DNA from: the human T2T-CHM13v2.0 reference genome, Homo sapiens
Length of the DNA: 64,000 nucleotides
Assembly: GCF_009914755.1 (NCBI RefSeq)
Contig: NC_060947.1
Reading direction: 5' to 3' (one strand)
The notes under the pieces are model-generated. The model was not told where the DNA came from. It did no database searches and was given only the letters and a program-made list of their open reading frames with translations. A program made the translations under genes and the position numbers. Below, one piece after another: positions 56,451 through 64,000 of this stretch (positions are counted from its first letter, which is position 1; each line of letters starts with the position of its first letter).

Positions 56451-56869
56451 TACTCCCAAGGATGCTATTACTGTTACAAATACCCTTCAGAAAAATATGG
56501 CTATTTCTAATTATACATCTAAATGTATGTATATGCATGGGAAAAAAGGTGTGGAGGAGATATACTAAACTAACAAGAGTGGTTACATATGGTTGGAGGG
56601 GTGGGAGGTGGCATGTATAATGGATAGTCAAGAAGGATTAACAGATTTAAATGTTTTGTTTAAAATTTAAACATAAAATTATATTGACTCATGTATTAAT
56701 TGTAGAAGGAAAAATATAAATTTTTTAAAGTAGAAAATCCAAACCTAGTCAACATTTTTGAAACAGTGGAGGAGAAAGATGTGATTATACAAGACCAATG
56801 CCTTACCACTTGGCCACAACACCTGATAAAAGATGTTCATATAATGGCATGATCTTGCTTATTGATCTT

Positions 56870-57560
56870 TGTCATTTATTTAAATGATGAGAGAGAATTG
56901 AGCTTCTTTAAGTGCTGATTAGAGGGAACAGGTATAGAAAAGAGATAGAGAATAGTGAAGGGCAAAGAGATGAATGATAGAAGACATTTCCTGATAAGGT
57001 AGAGAAAAATGGGATCTGGTACAGAGTTGTAGGGATTGGCCTTTGGTTAGAGTGGGAAAACCTCTTCCACTGCAACAGGAGAGAAGGATAAGGAGATGCT
57101 TCAGATGAAGTGGAATTCCTACATCCTAGAGGATGTTAAGAGATTTCCCATACAATGGCCTTTACTGATCCTTGTGATATGAGATAGAGTGATCTTTTAA
57201 GAGTGAACAGGCAAACAGGAGCCCATGGTCAAATGTTTGAGGAGAAAGGAACAGGCTCAGAAGAGTTCTTGAATAAATTGAAAAGATTTGCTGACATGTG
57301 ATCCACATTGCATGAGTGTTTAGCATAGCGGAAAATCCACTTGCAACTGGTGATCACAAATCCGGACTGGAACCAGTATGACTGGCTGTGTAATTTTATC
57401 CAAGTGGGTGAGAAAGTCCCAACGAAGGTAAGAAAGGATAGATGTTTGGGTTCATTTAAGGTTCTGTGTTGCTGAGTAGGTGTGACAGTGAAGATATGGA
57501 GAATAAGGAAGTCTTATGTATTAACAAGAGAGCGAATGAAAAATAGAAGGGTGGAATTCT
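56870..57560 (-). mobile_element. L2 fragment
   Basis: Purine-rich on the plus strand; GGGATCTGGTACAGAGTTGTAGGGATTGGCCTTTGG resembles antisense L2. Confidence 0.45.
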
Positions 57561-57589
57561 AGACAAGATTTTTTCAAGATGTTGAGGAT

Positions 57590-58150
57590 AAAGCATCAAA
57601 AAATGGTAAAGTAGGCAGCTCCAAGCACCTGTCTCTCCACAGTAACACTGAAAATTAAGCAGAAGTTGTTAAAACAAAGTTTGTCAGACACTGGCAAACA
57701 GCCAAAGTCTTATAGCAACAAAAACAAAATGTGGTGAATCAAAAAGAAAGCAAACTTGAAATGGTAGGAAAGCTTTGTAGTGTTTACTTCACATTGCCCC
57801 ACCCACTCCATGGCTCTGCAGCCATTTTAAAGATGGTAGCCTGTGTTTCCAATATGAAGCCCCGATTCCAGATTCTAGAAGGAGCAGAACAGATCATACT
57901 CACAAATCATTCTATTTGTCTGTCCTAACCTTCTGGGAGCTGCCTTAAGGAGTGACACAGGCACCCATCTCTGTTTCACTAATGTGGAATCCACTAAGTG
58001 TGGGAAAGCAGCAGTCATTGCTGAAAAACATTGTGCAGATAACTAAAACCTGAAGCTTCTTTGGGCAAAATGCTATGGTTGAGACATACAGTAGACTGCC
58101 TAAAGACTCATAGGAAAAGTCAGGGAGAGCCTGTTTGAAAAGTTAGGGCA
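57590..58150 (+). mobile_element. Old L1M 5'UTR-like fragment
   Basis: AAAATGGTAAAGTAGGCAGCTCCAAG...TTTGTCAGACACTGG resembles L1M 5' ends. Confidence 0.4.
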
Positions 58151-58169
58151 TTGGATTGAAGGAAAAAAA

Positions 58170-59215
58170 GGGGGCTTATGTCCAAAATATATATGAAACT
58201 CAATCTACTCATTAAGAAGAAAACAAATCATTGAATTGAAAAATGGGCAAGGGACTCGAGTTGACATTTCTCAAAAGAAGACATACAAATGGCCAACAGA
58301 TATATCAAATAATGTTCAACATCACAAATCATCAGAGAAATGCAATTAAAAGTGTAATAATATATGATCTCATACATGTTAGAATGCCTATTATCAAAAA
58401 ATTGAAAGATAAGGGTTGATGAGGATGTGAAGAAAAGGGAAAAATTGTATGCTGCTGGTGGGAATGTAAATTAGTACAGCCATTTTGGGAATAGTATGGA
58501 GGTTCCCCCAAAAATGAAATATAGAATTATTGGATGATCTTGATATCCCCTTCTGGATATATAGCCAAAGGAAATGAAGTCAGTATGTCAAAGAGATGAC
58601 TGCACTACCATGTTCATTGCATTATTATTCACAATAGCCAAGGAAAGGAAAACTTCAGTTCCCATCAGCACATGAATAAATTTTTAAAGTGTGGTATTTA
58701 TATACCATGAAATAGTATTCAGCCATAAAAAAGAAGGAAATCTTGTCAGTTGTAAGAACATGAATGACTCTAGAAGATGGTATGCTAAGTGCAATATGTC
58801 AGGTGCAGAAAGACAAATATGGCACAATTTCTTTTATATGTGGAATCTCAAAAAGTCAAACTCATAGAAGTGGAGAGTAGAATGGTGATTACAAGAGGCT
58901 TGAAGTGGGTGTATGGGGAAAGGGAAATGTTGGTCAAAGGGTGCAAAATTTCAGTTAGACATGAGGATTAAGCTCTGGTGATCTATTGTATTGCACGGTA
59001 ACTATTGTTAATAATAATGTATTGTATACTTGAAAATTATTTAAGGACTGGACTTAAATGATCTCATTACAAAGAAATAGTAAATATGTGAAGTGATGGA
59101 TATTTAGTTAGCCATTGATAATTCCACAATATATACCTGCACGGATGGAAGCATCACATTGTACCCCATAAATGTATACAATTTTTATTTGAAAATTAAA
59201 AATATGAAAAAATGT
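58170..59215 (+). mobile_element. L1MA 3' end
   Basis: AAAATGGGCAAGG..GACATTTCTCAAAAGAAGACATACAAATGGCCAACAG; 3'UTR ending CACATTGTACCCCATAAAT. Confidence 0.85.
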
Positions 59216-63420
<4,205 letters not shown>

Positions 63421-63429
63421 TAGCCCAAA

Positions 63430-64000
63430 TGCCTTTCAAATGTTGTTGGATAAGCAAATTGTTGTACATCCATACAATGGAATACTACTCAACAGTAATA
63501 GTAAACTATTTGATATGCACAACACTTAGAACAATCTCAAAGGCATTATGCTGAGTGAGAGAAGTCCATCTCAAATGATCACACTCTGTGTTATTCCATT
63601 TTTGTAATTATTCTTGAAGTGACAAAATTATACTGATTAAAAAGATATTGCTAGGTTCCAAAGGTTAGTGTTGGAGGGAGAGTTTGGCTGTAAAAGAGGA
63701 GCAACCAGAACAGTCTTTGTTGTGATAAAACACTTCTATATCATGACTGTGATGATGGTTACACAAATATGTACAAATGACAACATCTCACACACACATA
63801 TGCCATAAGAAAGTATATATAGGAATGTGAAATCAGAATAAGGTCTGTAAGTGAATTGATAGTATGGTGCCATTATAGATTTTCTGACTTTTATAATACA
63901 CCAAGATTATGTGTCATGGTTATGTTATATTTTGGGGAAGCTAGGTGAAGGGTGAAAGGTACAGTGAATTCTCTGTATTATTTTTGCAATTTCTTGTGAG
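63430..64000 (+). mobile_element. L1MC/MD 3'UTR fragment
   Basis: GTACATCCATACAATGGAATACTACTCA, AATCTCAAAGGCATTATGCTGAGTGA and TCTCTGTATTATTTTTGCAA. Confidence 0.75.

Overview
Primate (almost certainly human-type) genomic DNA, mostly interspersed repeats, with no intact protein-coding gene that I can support. From left to right: (i) a three-level nest, in which a full-length L1PA4-like LINE-1 (1855-8024, 16-bp TSD) sits in ORF2 of an older L1PA7/8-like element, which abuts or interrupts a MER4-group ERV1 provirus with a tRNA-Ser(CGA) PBS and LTR; (ii) a decayed class I ERV gag-pro-pol; (iii) a decayed MAGE (MAGEB-like) pseudogene on the minus strand (about 19.6-20.6 kb), preceded by a degenerate array of ~200-230 bp MAGE-type 5' exon/promoter units interrupted by a MER21C-like LTR, which with the L1 density suggests an X-chromosome MAGE cluster (inference); (iv) two fold-back inverted duplications upstream of that locus, one with perfect 50-bp arms and one inside an Alu; (v) a short repeat-poor island with exon-like segments; (vi) a mosaic of L1M/L1PB, ERVL, MER4, MLT2, THE1, MSTA and Alu elements, including an L1PB4-like copy carrying an AluYe-type Alu, a complete MSTA and an apparently older L1M fragment with TPRT hallmarks. 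I found no convincing new biological system. The best oddities are the palindromes, the older-inside-younger insertion and the MAGE 5' array. Subfamily names come from remembered consensus sequences and need confirming with RepeatMasker/Dfam; boundaries without a TSD are approximate.
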